Part shown: piece by piece, positions 9,409 through 18,264 of the stretch | How positions within the stretch are numbered: position 1 is the first letter of the stretch | How the letters are laid out: each line of letters begins with the position of its first letter | From: Candidatus Aenigmatarchaeota archaeon | Lineage (GTDB): Archaea; Aenigmatarchaeota; Aenigmatarchaeia; GW2011-AR5 | NCBI GenBank assembly: GCA_016198685.1 | Contig: JACQID010000007.1 | Coordinates: 28,695-92,694 of the forward strand | Reading direction: 5' to 3' | DNA length: 64,000 nt | Notes under the pieces: model-generated | What the model was told of the DNA's origin: nothing | Databases searched by the model: none | The model's input: only the letters and a program-made list of their open reading frames with translations | Program-made: the position numbers and the translations under genes

Positions 9409-10146
9409 ATGGACGTTCTTTATGATATACTTGCATCGGTATTGGCGGTAAGCCTGCTTTCTTTTGCCGGATTAGTCACGCTTTCAATAAAAAAAATCAT
9501 CCTTGAAAGAATGCTTTTTATCCTTGTAAGCTTTGCGACAGGAACACTCCTTGCAGCGGCATTCCTTGACCTGATACCGGAAGCCATGGACTATCAAGCA
9601 GCGAATGTAATGGTCTTTCCTCTTCTGGGAATAATGACGTTTTTCTTGCTGGAAAAGTCGATACATTGGCATCATCACCATACCAAGAAAGAAGTCCATG
9701 CGTTTACTTATCTCAATCTTATAGGCGACGGATTCCATAATTTTATAGACGGCATAGTGATAGCCGCAAGCTTCCTGCATTCGCCGGCTCTGGGCGTCAC
9801 AACAACCATAGCCATAATATTCCATGAGATCCCGCAGGAAATAGGCGACTTCTCGTTGCTGATACACGGCGGCTTTAGCCGGACAAAGGCATTATTCTTC
9901 AATTTCCTTTCCGCTCTTACGGCTGTCTTGGGAGGCATATTAGGCTACTTCTTCATATCGTCATTGGAAGCGGCTTTGCCCTATCTGCTTGCCTATACTG
10001 CAGGCCATTTCATATACATAGCTACCGTAGATCTGCTTCCTGAGCTTGTAGCGCAGAAGAGCCCAAAAGTTTCCGTACTTCAAATTGCCGCAATCACTAC
10101 CGGCATGGCAATAATATGGCTCGTCATAACGTTCTTGCCGGAGTAG
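9409..10146 (+). CDS. ZIP-family (ZupT-like) metal transporter
   Basis: HWHHHH loop, GDGFHNFIDG and HEIPQEIGDF motifs. Confidence 0.93.
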   Translation: MDVLYDILASVLAVSLLSFAGLVTLSIKKIILERMLFILVSFATGTLLAAAFLDLIPEAMDYQAANVMVFPLLGIMTFFLLEKSIHWHHHHTKKEVHAFTYLNLIGDGFHNFIDGIVIAASFLHSPALGVTTTIAIIFHEIPQEIGDFSLLIHGGFSRTKALFFNFLSALTAVLGGILGYFFISSLEAALPYLLAYTAGHFIYIATVDLLPELVAQKSPKVSVLQIAAITTGMAIIWLVITFLPE

Positions 10147-10195
10147 GCGACAGTTGGGAATTTCTTAAAAAGATATGCTTCTATAGTTCTTAGAC

Positions 10196-10282
10196 GCTCC
10201 TGTCGTCTAGCCCGGCCATTGATAGCCGAAAGGATAGTGGCTTCTCAAGCCATTGACACGGGTTCAAATCCCGTCAGGAGCA
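10196..10282 (+). tRNA. tRNA-Glu(CUC) with a 12-nt D-loop intron (10219-10230)
   Basis: Acceptor GCTCCTG/CAGGAGC, anticodon arm GTGGC-TTCTCAA-GCCAT, T-arm ACGGG-TTCAAAT-CCCGT. The D-loop insert TTGATAGCCGAA forms a BHB-like motif with central helix CGGC/GCCG. Confidence 0.9.
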
Positions 10283-10311
10283 TCTGTGAGAGTTGAACCG
10301 AAAGTAATTTA

Positions 10312-11247
10312 TTATGTGAAATAATGCCTAAGTTCTATCAGGGCAAAGACGATGTAAAGGAAAAACAGCAGGAAGCTGTCGTTTGATGTTATTTTCTTGC
10401 CGTCTTGGAGAAGCGTGACCACGAGAAGCGCAGAAAATACCATGAAGAGCATGCTCGTTGCAAATGCGGAGAAAGCGGTTTCTACCGGGGCTATGATTGC
10501 AACTATTCCCATCGACAAAGTGCAGTCAGCAGCGACATTGCCAAGTACATTACCAAGTGCAATGTCTTTATGCTTCGCAAGAACCGCCTTTAAAGAAAAA
10601 GCCATCTCAGGCATTGTCGTGCCGAATGCCACGAGAAACATTCCTATTACGACAGAAGGTATAAGCAGTTCGTGAGATATGCCTACTACAGATTCCACTA
10701 CAAAATGGGCTGAAACGAAAAGCACAGCAAGGCATGCAATGAAAAACATCATGCTCTTTAACGCGGATATTACGTCTTTCGAATCGTGCTTGGAGAATAT
10801 CTTCTCCTTCTTTATGAGCTGAGACATATAGAAAAGAAAAGCGACTACAAGTATTATGCCGTCATCCCTTGAGAGTTGACCATCAAGCATAAACAATACT
10901 GGCAGTGCTGTCACCGCAAGAAACGCATTATTATTCCTGGTTATACTGGAGTTTACCATTATTTTCTTGCCTGCAAGGGCAATTATGCCTATCACTAGCG
11001 TAAGATCCGCTATATTAGAACCTATTAATGTGCCTATGCCTATCGCTGACGACCCTGCTATTGCTGAATTAATTCCTATGAACAATTCCGGCATGATAGA
11101 GATGACGCCTGCTATGACAAAAGTCACAAAAAATTCAGAGAGCCGCAAATGCTTTGCAATGTCTATTATGTATTTGGTCGCATAGCCTGCGCTTTTGATA
11201 ACAATGACGATTGAAATGAAAAACAGGGTCGCATTCTCGAAAATCAT
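10312..11247 (-). CDS. CaCA-family Na+/Ca2+ (K+) antiporter
   Basis: Two alpha-repeats: SIMPELFI...GTLIGSNIAD and GTTMPEMA...GNVLGN. Confidence 0.9.
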   Translation of the reverse strand: MIFENATLFFISIVIVIKSAGYATKYIIDIAKHLRLSEFFVTFVIAGVISIMPELFIGINSAIAGSSAIGIGTLIGSNIADLTLVIGIIALAGKKIMVNSSITRNNNAFLAVTALPVLFMLDGQLSRDDGIILVVAFLFYMSQLIKKEKIFSKHDSKDVISALKSMMFFIACLAVLFVSAHFVVESVVGISHELLIPSVVIGMFLVAFGTTMPEMAFSLKAVLAKHKDIALGNVLGNVAADCTLSMGIVAIIAPVETAFSAFATSMLFMVFSALLVVTLLQDGKKITSNDSFLLFFLYIVFALIELRHYFT

Positions 11248-11366
11248 TATTAAATTTAGCCGTCCCGTATAAATAGTATTTTTTAAGCCCGCCTGTTTTC
11301 TGAAGTTGTTGGCAGCACTAATAATCTATTAAACGCTAGCGCCTAACTCTTTGCTACAGTGATGAA

Positions 11367-11921
11367 ATGAACATGCCTTACAAGACGCCCTTATTTATAT
11401 CAACGCTTTTTTTCGGCGCGGCGCTCCTTTATCTGCTAGGAGGGATAGCTCTTGCTGCAGTTTACGCCATATTATGGATAGATAAAATAGTTCTGGGCAT
11501 GCTGGGCCCGATACGTTATCTGGGCGTTGAGTTTACTACGCTGGCTACCATAATTTTAGGCATATCATATGGGCCGCTTCCCGCATTTCTTTTCAGCATA
11601 ATAGTCATCCCGCTTCTGCACTCATCAAAATACCTGTTCCTGCCTCTGCCGCAGCCTGAATGGCCATTCTTCATTCCTCATCCGAATAACATAGTTGACG
11701 CTATAGGTGCGCTATGCGCAGGAATTTTATGGGTTATTGGAATAAAGGAACTTCTGATACTCACTGCCATCGTGGTCATAATCAAGGACGCCGGCTACGG
11801 CATATCAGAAAAGATGATGTTTGGAAAGCCTGTGGATTATTTCAGCGCTGCCATGTATCTTATCTTCAACTGCCTTCTGATTTTCCAGTTCGGGCCGTCT
11901 ATAGCTTCGCTGGCGGCATGA
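11367..11921 (+). CDS. Multi-pass membrane protein (possibly ECF S-component-like)
   Basis: About six hydrophobic segments and a ILGISYGP turn; the family call is tentative. Confidence 0.5.
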   Translation: MNMPYKTPLFISTLFFGAALLYLLGGIALAAVYAILWIDKIVLGMLGPIRYLGVEFTTLATIILGISYGPLPAFLFSIIVIPLLHSSKYLFLPLPQPEWPFFIPHPNNIVDAIGALCAGILWVIGIKELLILTAIVVIIKDAGYGISEKMMFGKPVDYFSAAMYLIFNCLLIFQFGPSIASLAA

Positions 11922-12022
11922 TCAGGGATGGCGCAAGCTAACAGCGTTGTGGCCATACTCCGAAAAGCTTCTTCCTCTAAATGCCAGCGGCATACTTATA
12001 AAAATTGTTGCCATGACAATTC

Positions 12023-12646
12023 ATGCGAACAGTCTGGGACAGCATAGCCGAAGGATGGAATTCTTTCAGGTCGTTTCCGATAGAGGAAGCCAAAGCCTTT
12101 CTTCAGGATTGGAGAGGCGTTGTGCTTGACATAGGATGCGGGTCGGGAAGGAATTTTCTGAAAGGCATGACGTTCGTAGGACTGGACATCTCTTATAACA
12201 TGCTTCTTCATGCGAAGAAGAATGCGGAAAAGAGAGGGGTAAGGGCATACTTGATACGTGCAGATGCTGCGGCATTGCCGTTAAAGCCGGCATTTGAAAG
12301 GATACTGCTGATTGCAGTATTGCATGCGCTAAGGGAGAGAAGGGCATGCGTTTCCGAGGTTCGCAGGCTTTTGGGCGCCCGGGGCAAAGCACTTGTTACG
12401 GTGTGGAACAAGGACCAGCCGCGCTTCAAGAAAGCGCCCAAGGAAAACGAAATACCATGGGAAAGCGATGGCAAGGAATACATGAGATATACATACCTTT
12501 TCACCAAACAAGAACTTGCCTCGTTCCTTCAGAAAAGCGGTTTCGAGGCCGAGATTGCTGAAAGCTCCAAAAAGGCTTTTAATGCCTTCTCCAAGAATAT
12601 AGTGGCAGTGTTGAAGCGGGGGTCCCCTAGTGGCCAATGGGACTAG
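12023..12646 (+). CDS. Class I SAM-dependent methyltransferase (Trm9/ALKBH8-like); overlaps tRNA-Leu by 31 nt
   Basis: VLDIGCGSGRN, GLDIS, ADAAALP, IAVLH...RR, LVTVW and RYTYLF, resembling Trm9-type tRNA methyltransferases. Confidence 0.8.
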   Translation: MRTVWDSIAEGWNSFRSFPIEEAKAFLQDWRGVVLDIGCGSGRNFLKGMTFVGLDISYNMLLHAKKNAEKRGVRAYLIRADAAALPLKPAFERILLIAVLHALRERRACVSEVRRLLGARGKALVTVWNKDQPRFKKAPKENEIPWESDGKEYMRYTYLFTKQELASFLQKSGFEAEIAESSKKAFNAFSKNIVAVLKRGSPSGQWD

Positions 12647-12751
12647 GCTTAGGTGACTGTCCGGCCAATGGGACTAGGCTCAGATGACCGGAACTGGTCG
12701 AAGACACCTAGTGGCTTAGTGCCTTCGCAGGTTCAAATCCTGCCCCCCGCA
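12616..12751 (+). tRNA. tRNA-Leu gene with two alternative anticodon arms (UAG at 12650-12652; CAG at 12681-12683)
   Basis: Acceptor GCGGGGG/CCCCCGC, Leu-type variable arm GGC-TTAGT-GCC, T-arm GCAGG-TTCAAAT-CCTGC, 3' anticodon strand ACCTAG at 12706. Removing 12654-12705 gives Leu(UAG). Removing 12638-12668 and 12685-12705 gives Leu(CAG). Confidence 0.88.
12632..12690 (+). repeat. Tandem 28-nt direct repeat inside tRNA-Leu (12632-12659 and 12663-12690)
   Basis: GGCCAATGGGACTAGGCT-TAGG-TGAC-TG versus GGCCAATGGGACTAGGCT-CAGA-TGAC-CG: 18 nt identical, 3 mismatches over 28 nt, offset 31 nt. Confidence 0.95.
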
Positions 12752-12803
12752 TATTCTTATCTAAAATTTATCTCAATAAAAACCCCTTTATGATAATTAT
12801 ATC

Positions 12804-13226
12804 ATGCCAATACGGAAGGGCGTTGTCGGCGTAGTCTATCGCAAGGGCAAGAATGAGCCGGAGTTTCTCCTTTTGCACAGGCAGCAGGGCTGGAAAGGCT
12901 GGGAATTCTCCAAGGGTGGAATTGAATCAGGCGAGGATGATGAAGAGGCTCTTGTGCGTGAAATACGCGAGGAAACAGGCATCGGGAAAGTCAAAGTCCG
13001 GGCCAGAATGGCTGCCGAGATATCTTACAAATATCCGGCATGGTACAAGAGCGGATATACCGGTACAAAACAGTCGGTTTTTCTTGTTGAAGCGCTTGAG
13101 GATAGCGTTTCTGTGAGCCAGGAGCATGATGATTACACATGGGTTGATTATAGGTCAGCGCTGAAGATGCTCAAGCATAAAGGGCAGAAAAAGGCACTGT
13201 CAGAATCATTCCAGGCATTGCTCTAA
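12804..13226 (+). CDS. NUDIX hydrolase
   Basis: Nudix box KGGIESGEDDEEALVREIREETG and QEHDDYTW (Ap4A-hydrolase-like). Confidence 0.92.
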   Translation: MPIRKGVVGVVYRKGKNEPEFLLLHRQQGWKGWEFSKGGIESGEDDEEALVREIREETGIGKVKVRARMAAEISYKYPAWYKSGYTGTKQSVFLVEALEDSVSVSQEHDDYTWVDYRSALKMLKHKGQKKALSESFQALL

Positions 13227-13270
13227 ACATTGAATTTAATGCGCAAATAGCCTTGGCTTAACAAAAGAGC

Positions 13271-13513
13271 TCAATTTTCGCTGCCGCCCATCAGGGATAC
13301 GAATCCTACAGTCACAAGAAGCATGGAAAAGAAGAACATGGATATCGTGGAAGCTATCGCGCTTTCTACTGTGGGCTTGTCTGCCACGTCTTCAACGCTT
13401 TGGGCAAAAGCGTCCGATAATATTCCTGCGATAAAAGCAAGGATTGCGATTCCGCTTATGATGAATATCGCGCCAGCCACCTTGAGCTTATTGCCCATGC
13501 GGATATATGCCAT
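13271..13513 (-). CDS. Small membrane protein (two TM helices)
   Basis: Two hydrophobic segments; fills the gap between the NUDIX gene and lysS. Confidence 0.5.
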   Translation of the reverse strand: MAYIRMGNKLKVAGAIFIISGIAILAFIAGILSDAFAQSVEDVADKPTVESAIASTISMFFFSMLLVTVGFVSLMGGSEN

Positions 13514-13534
13514 CGGCTAATATTAAAATATTAT

Positions 13535-15166
13535 TTAGAGTTTTCCAAGGAGGTCTTTGACGCTTCGCCTGCCAAGCGCCATTATGAATGGCGCCAGTCT
13601 TGGTCCCTGGTTGCGGCTTATCAGAACAAGGTAAGCCGCCCTGAAGAAATCCTTGGGCTCAATACCGTGCTTTCTTGGGATCTCATAGAGTTTTTCGTAT
13701 ATTTTCTCTTCAGTGTTCGCCTGGTCCATGGAAGCTGCAAGCTCCTTCAGTGCGGCTTTCTCCTTCGTTGTGATCGACAAGTCTTTTGGCGGTTCTTCAT
13801 TGACACCTATCTTCGTTCCTTCAGGAGCGAAATTATCAAGCCAATGTGCCGCGAGCTCCAGTCTTCTTTTGATCTGCATCTCATCGTCAGCCGGCAAAGG
13901 CTCTTTGACATGGCCGGTCTCTTTGAGAATCTGCAGGGATCTTTCCCAGCTTCTGTCTGGAACAAGATTTGCTATCATCACGGCAAGATGATACGGAAGC
14001 CTAAACGGCATCTTTTTCGGAACAGAAGCGAAAGAGCTTTCATACATCCGCGCCATATTTTCCTTGTCTTTTTCATCAGCCGCATCTTTGCCAAAATACA
14101 CGCGTTCAGCCTTTTCAAAGTCCTCAACAAGAAGATGTATAGTTTTCAGGTCCAGGCTTCTCTGCTTCTTGCTCCTCTTGGTATAAAAATAAAGGAATAC
14201 TTCAGGCTCGACTATCTGGAGCATCTCTTGGGTGATATATACATTGCCATAACGCGTAGACATCTTTTCGCCGTTAATCAGCAGAAATTCATATATGTGC
14301 GCTATCGGCGGCTCAATGCCAAATATCTCCTTGGATATGGCGACGCATCTCGGCCAGGAGCCTTCTGCGTGTTCCTTTCCGAAAGGCTCGAAAGTAGCAT
14401 TCCATATTGCCCATTGTGCAGGCCATTCAAAGCTCCAGGGCAATTTGCCGCCTCTGAACGTTGTCGTGCCTTTGAAACCGCATCCCTGTATTGTATACTT
14501 GCCAGCAAGATCGCGGCCTGTGCACACATAATCAACGGTCTTTTTTTCAAGGTCAAAAGAGACTGTCTTTCCCATTATCTTTCCGCAATTGGCGCATATC
14601 GCATCAAAGGGTATGTAATCTGATTCCTTGGACTCCTGGAATTTCCTTATTATTTTGCGGGAAGCCTCGAGTTTTTCAAGCGCCGTTCCAATGTACTTGT
14701 CGAATTGACCGGCTTCATACATATCTTCGGCAAAGTAGAATTCAGTGTCTTTCATGCCCAGTGCTCGAACGCCATTTTCCCAGAGCGTTGCAAAATGCTT
14801 TGACCATGAATCGCAGCAACTGAAAGGGTCAGGGGTCCTTGAGTAAGGGATGCCAAGATATTTTTCCAATTCTTTTTTCGTATCTTCATCGACTATGTGC
14901 CATTTCCCGTCTAGCCTTGGGAGCTTTGACGGTATGTTCCTAAGCGGGTCCCGATCATCATGCGTAAAGACAAACCGGGACTGGTATCCTTTCTTCAAAA
15001 CGGCCTTGTGCACCATATAGGCTTTGGCCGCATCAAAAAGATTGCCTATGTGCTTGCCTCCGGACGGTGAGGCGGCTCCTCGGCACGTCACGATGCGCCC
15101 TTCTTTCTTTGCTCTTGCGATAGCCTCCTCGGCAAGCTGGTCTGCCCAAAAAACATCCATAGGCAT
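13535..15166 (-). CDS. lysS: Class I lysyl-tRNA synthetase
   Basis: FWADQLA, SPSGGKHIGN (HIGH), PFGKEH, GEKMST (KMSKS) and QGPRLAPFI. Confidence 0.96.
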   Translation of the reverse strand: MPMDVFWADQLAEEAIARAKKEGRIVTCRGAASPSGGKHIGNLFDAAKAYMVHKAVLKKGYQSRFVFTHDDRDPLRNIPSKLPRLDGKWHIVDEDTKKELEKYLGIPYSRTPDPFSCCDSWSKHFATLWENGVRALGMKDTEFYFAEDMYEAGQFDKYIGTALEKLEASRKIIRKFQESKESDYIPFDAICANCGKIMGKTVSFDLEKKTVDYVCTGRDLAGKYTIQGCGFKGTTTFRGGKLPWSFEWPAQWAIWNATFEPFGKEHAEGSWPRCVAISKEIFGIEPPIAHIYEFLLINGEKMSTRYGNVYITQEMLQIVEPEVFLYFYTKRSKKQRSLDLKTIHLLVEDFEKAERVYFGKDAADEKDKENMARMYESSFASVPKKMPFRLPYHLAVMIANLVPDRSWERSLQILKETGHVKEPLPADDEMQIKRRLELAAHWLDNFAPEGTKIGVNEEPPKDLSITTKEKAALKELAASMDQANTEEKIYEKLYEIPRKHGIEPKDFFRAAYLVLISRNQGPRLAPFIMALGRRSVKDLLGKL

Positions 15167-15342
15167 AATTACGCAAGGTGAACGATTAAAGGCTTATCGG
15201 GATGCTTGAATCAAATCCTCTGCAGGAGTATGCTCAAAGACATTAATATTTGAACGGCCCAATATGTTTACTATCCCGACGGACACAATGTTTTGAATAT
15301 AATCTCCTTCGGTATAAATAGAAGGACAGGGAATGTTATTCC

Positions 15343-16680
15343 ATGAAAGGCGCCGATCCGCTTATAGTTTCTATAATGCTTATCGGCATCACAGTTGTTG
15401 CGGCAGGGATAATCTCAGGCTGGTCGAGTAACTTCTACCAGACCCAGGGACAGGAACTGAAGAATCAGACTGAAAGCAAGCTCTCCTGTCAGCTTGCTTC
15501 GTTTTACGTCAGAAATATCTCAATATCATGCAACAACAACTGCTTTACAGGCTCGCCTTACAGAGTGAACGCGAGCATAGAAAACACCGGCGACAGGCAG
15601 GTCGACTTGTCGAGGCTTGCAATAACGCTTTCAAACGGCATTACGCATATAATATACGGCAACAAAACTACCCTATCCTCAGGCATTACAGACAACAAAG
15701 CTTTCAACAGCATTCTTATTTCAGGCAGCCCCAAGATGCCGATACAGTCCATGGACTCCATGGGCGCATATTCCAACGATACAAATACAGTCGCATTATG
15801 GCACTTCGACCAGGCCACTGCGAGCAGCACTCTTGACAATTCCCGGGGCAACAACCTCACATGCTACGGAATGGGAACTAACTGCAGTTTCACGCCTTCG
15901 GGCAAATACGGCGGGGCTCTCACGTTCAACGGCTCGGACCAGTATCTGAACGCTTCGGATTCAGTGAGCCTGAATATGACAAACCAGGTCACTGTGGAAG
16001 CATGGGTCTACGCCAATTCAACAACCGGCGGCAATGCAGGCATAGTGGCCAAGGGAACAGCGACTTCATGGCCTTATGCCATCATTTACGATACGAATGC
16101 GAACATAAACTGCATAATTGACGGGTCCACGAATGCCGTGAGTTTTTCCATGCTTGCCGGATCTTGGCATCATGTCGCGCTTTCGTACAACGGCACCGAC
16201 ATGTTCTGTTACATGGATGGCATACTGAAGGGAAGCAAAAAAATAAACTCAGCAATAAATCAAACAGCGTCCAATGTGATGATAGGCAGGGCTTCAGTTT
16301 ACTTCAATGGAACAATAGATGAAGTGCGCATTTCTAATTTCAGCCGAAATTTCAACACGACACTCACGATAAACGTGACGCACCCTGGGATAAAATTCGT
16401 GAGGCTTTTCAATTCATCGGGATTGGTTAGCCAGTCAACGAACCAAAACGGGGTTTCTGTTTACAACACGCAATATGAGAATCTCAAGACGTACAATAAT
16501 TTCAGGGTGGAAGTTGAGGATACCTCAGGATTTGTGATAAGCAAATGGTATCCTTACGATGCCGGAGGAGCCTGCGTTCCGGTGTCAAATATCAACAGGA
16601 TACGGTTTGCCGCGGATAATTGCCCATCTGTGACTGATGCCTATTTTGGAAGTGACGTATACTATGAAAACTGCGCATGA
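15343..16680 (+). CDS. Type IV pilin-like protein with an inserted LamG (concanavalin A-like) domain
   Basis: Class III signal MKG|ADPLIVSIML; LamG motifs VALWHFD, GKYGGALTFNG, TVEAWV, WHHVA and FNGTIDEVRI. Confidence 0.85.
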   Translation: MKGADPLIVSIMLIGITVVAAGIISGWSSNFYQTQGQELKNQTESKLSCQLASFYVRNISISCNNNCFTGSPYRVNASIENTGDRQVDLSRLAITLSNGITHIIYGNKTTLSSGITDNKAFNSILISGSPKMPIQSMDSMGAYSNDTNTVALWHFDQATASSTLDNSRGNNLTCYGMGTNCSFTPSGKYGGALTFNGSDQYLNASDSVSLNMTNQVTVEAWVYANSTTGGNAGIVAKGTATSWPYAIIYDTNANINCIIDGSTNAVSFSMLAGSWHHVALSYNGTDMFCYMDGILKGSKKINSAINQTASNVMIGRASVYFNGTIDEVRISNFSRNFNTTLTINVTHPGIKFVRLFNSSGLVSQSTNQNGVSVYNTQYENLKTYNNFRVEVEDTSGFVISKWYPYDAGGACVPVSNINRIRFAADNCPSVTDAYFGSDVYYENCA

Positions 16681-16684
16681 TGAA

Positions 16685-17131
16685 ATGAAGGGCGTATCGC
16701 CGCTTCTGGCGAGCATATTTCTCGTCCTTATTGCAGTAACTGCGGTGCCGATATTCTCAGGCTGGTTCATGAATAATTTAATGTCGACAGCGGACACTTC
16801 CGGCAACAGGACAGAGCAGGCGATAAAATGCAATGTTGCAGGCCTTGCTATTGAAGATTTCTATCTCGATTTCTCTGCAAGCAGGGCAAGGCTGAATGTC
16901 AGGAATTCAGGTCAGACGCCGGACCAGATAGTATCTGCGAAAGTTTATTCATTCAACGGGTCGGAAGCCGCGAACCTGACCATATTTCCAATTAACATAA
17001 GCGCCGGCGAGTTCAAGTATGTTACTTTTAACACAGAAGGCGCATTGGCATCCTGCTCCAATTTCAGTTATGCCATAGTGTCAGGAAGATGCAAGACCGC
17101 AACATTCGAGGGCCTGCCGCGAGGCTGCTGA
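16685..17131 (+). CDS. Archaeal type IV pilin-like protein
   Basis: MKG|VSPLLASIFLV class III signal and VRNSG motif. Start trimmed from 16637. Confidence 0.85.
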   Translation: MKGVSPLLASIFLVLIAVTAVPIFSGWFMNNLMSTADTSGNRTEQAIKCNVAGLAIEDFYLDFSASRARLNVRNSGQTPDQIVSAKVYSFNGSEAANLTIFPINISAGEFKYVTFNTEGALASCSNFSYAIVSGRCKTATFEGLPRGC

Positions 17132-17226
17132 TTGCCAATATTCTATGATAGGCGCTGCATCTTCGCGAAAATTACGCCTCTGGGCATATTTATATAGCGG
17201 CAAAGAAATATATCTGCTGATACTAA

Positions 17227-17664
17227 ATGAAAGGATTATCGCCGCTTATCGCGTCAGTTCTTCTCATAGCCATTGCATTTAGCGTTTCTTCCATACTCGG
17301 ACCATGGGCACTTGAGGTCGTGCGCTCTGACACGGATGCTATAGACAATAACTCGAAGTCCGTTACAGAGTGCTTTCCTGTCCTTATCCAGAACGTTTAT
17401 ACCGATTTTACCGGAAATAAGGTCCGCATGTATGTCATGGGCAAGGGGCCTAACACCATAACAAGCGCTTCTGTGCTTAATTCTTATGGAGTTGCCATCC
17501 CCCTTTCCGATTCTTCAGTTTTGCCTATGAAAATTAGCCAGGGTGAAAGGAAATTAATTGAGTTCAACACAACAGCTAATCTTACGGCCTGCACGAATTT
17601 CAGTAAAGCCATAGTGACAACAGGCTGCGTTTCAGACCAAAAGACCAAGCCTGACAATTGCTGA
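17227..17664 (+). CDS. Archaeal type IV pilin-like protein
   Basis: MKG|LSPLIASVLL signal; paralogous to its neighbours (C...IxxVYxD...CTNFSKAIVTTGC). Confidence 0.85.
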   Translation: MKGLSPLIASVLLIAIAFSVSSILGPWALEVVRSDTDAIDNNSKSVTECFPVLIQNVYTDFTGNKVRMYVMGKGPNTITSASVLNSYGVAIPLSDSSVLPMKISQGERKLIEFNTTANLTACTNFSKAIVTTGCVSDQKTKPDNC

Positions 17665-17666
17665 TC

Positions 17667-18128
17667 ATGATGAAAAAAACAAAAGGAATATCGCCGCTCA
17701 TAGCATCCGTACTGCTGATAGCAATAGTGATAGTTGTGGGCACGTTAACTCTGGATTGGGCTACGGCTATACACTCCAATCTTGGCAGCAGTGTAAAAAA
17801 TAAAACCAGCGAATGCACTACAGCTGCAGTTGTCATAGACCGCGTATATTTAGACCTGAACGGCTCTGTCGGAAGGATAGTTGCCAGAAACTCGGGCTTT
17901 GATGACGATTCGATAACAGGCGCGTCGGTTGTGACAATGAAGGGACAGACAAGCAGCAACCTTACGGCCTTCCCGGTTGCCATGGCGCGCGGCACGCAGA
18001 CTACTCTCACGGTAAACATAAGCGGAATAATAACAAGCTGCACGAATTTCAGCCGGGCTTATGTGACGACATCCTGTGGCGTTTCAGCTGAATATGGCGT
18101 TGGCGAATCGCCTACGTGCACAAACTGA
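17667..18128 (+). CDS. Archaeal type IV pilin-like protein
   Basis: MMKKTKG|ISPLIASVLL signal, ARNSG and CTNFSRAYVTTSC. Confidence 0.85.
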   Translation: MMKKTKGISPLIASVLLIAIVIVVGTLTLDWATAIHSNLGSSVKNKTSECTTAAVVIDRVYLDLNGSVGRIVARNSGFDDDSITGASVVTMKGQTSSNLTAFPVAMARGTQTTLTVNISGIITSCTNFSRAYVTTSCGVSAEYGVGESPTCTN

Positions 18129-18264
18129 TACTATCCTCAAAATAATGCACGTGAGATTAGCTCAAGCTAGATCTTTTTATATTTATTTGCCTTACTTCTT
18201 TGCCGCTTTGTTTGGTATTTCTCCAACGATGGCCGATGAAGTCATGGTAGAGCAAAAATTTGCC

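Noticed and set aside
12632-12690. tRNA-Leu duplication as an integration (att) scar
   Set aside because: The copies are internal and 31 nt apart, with no integrase or intervening element.
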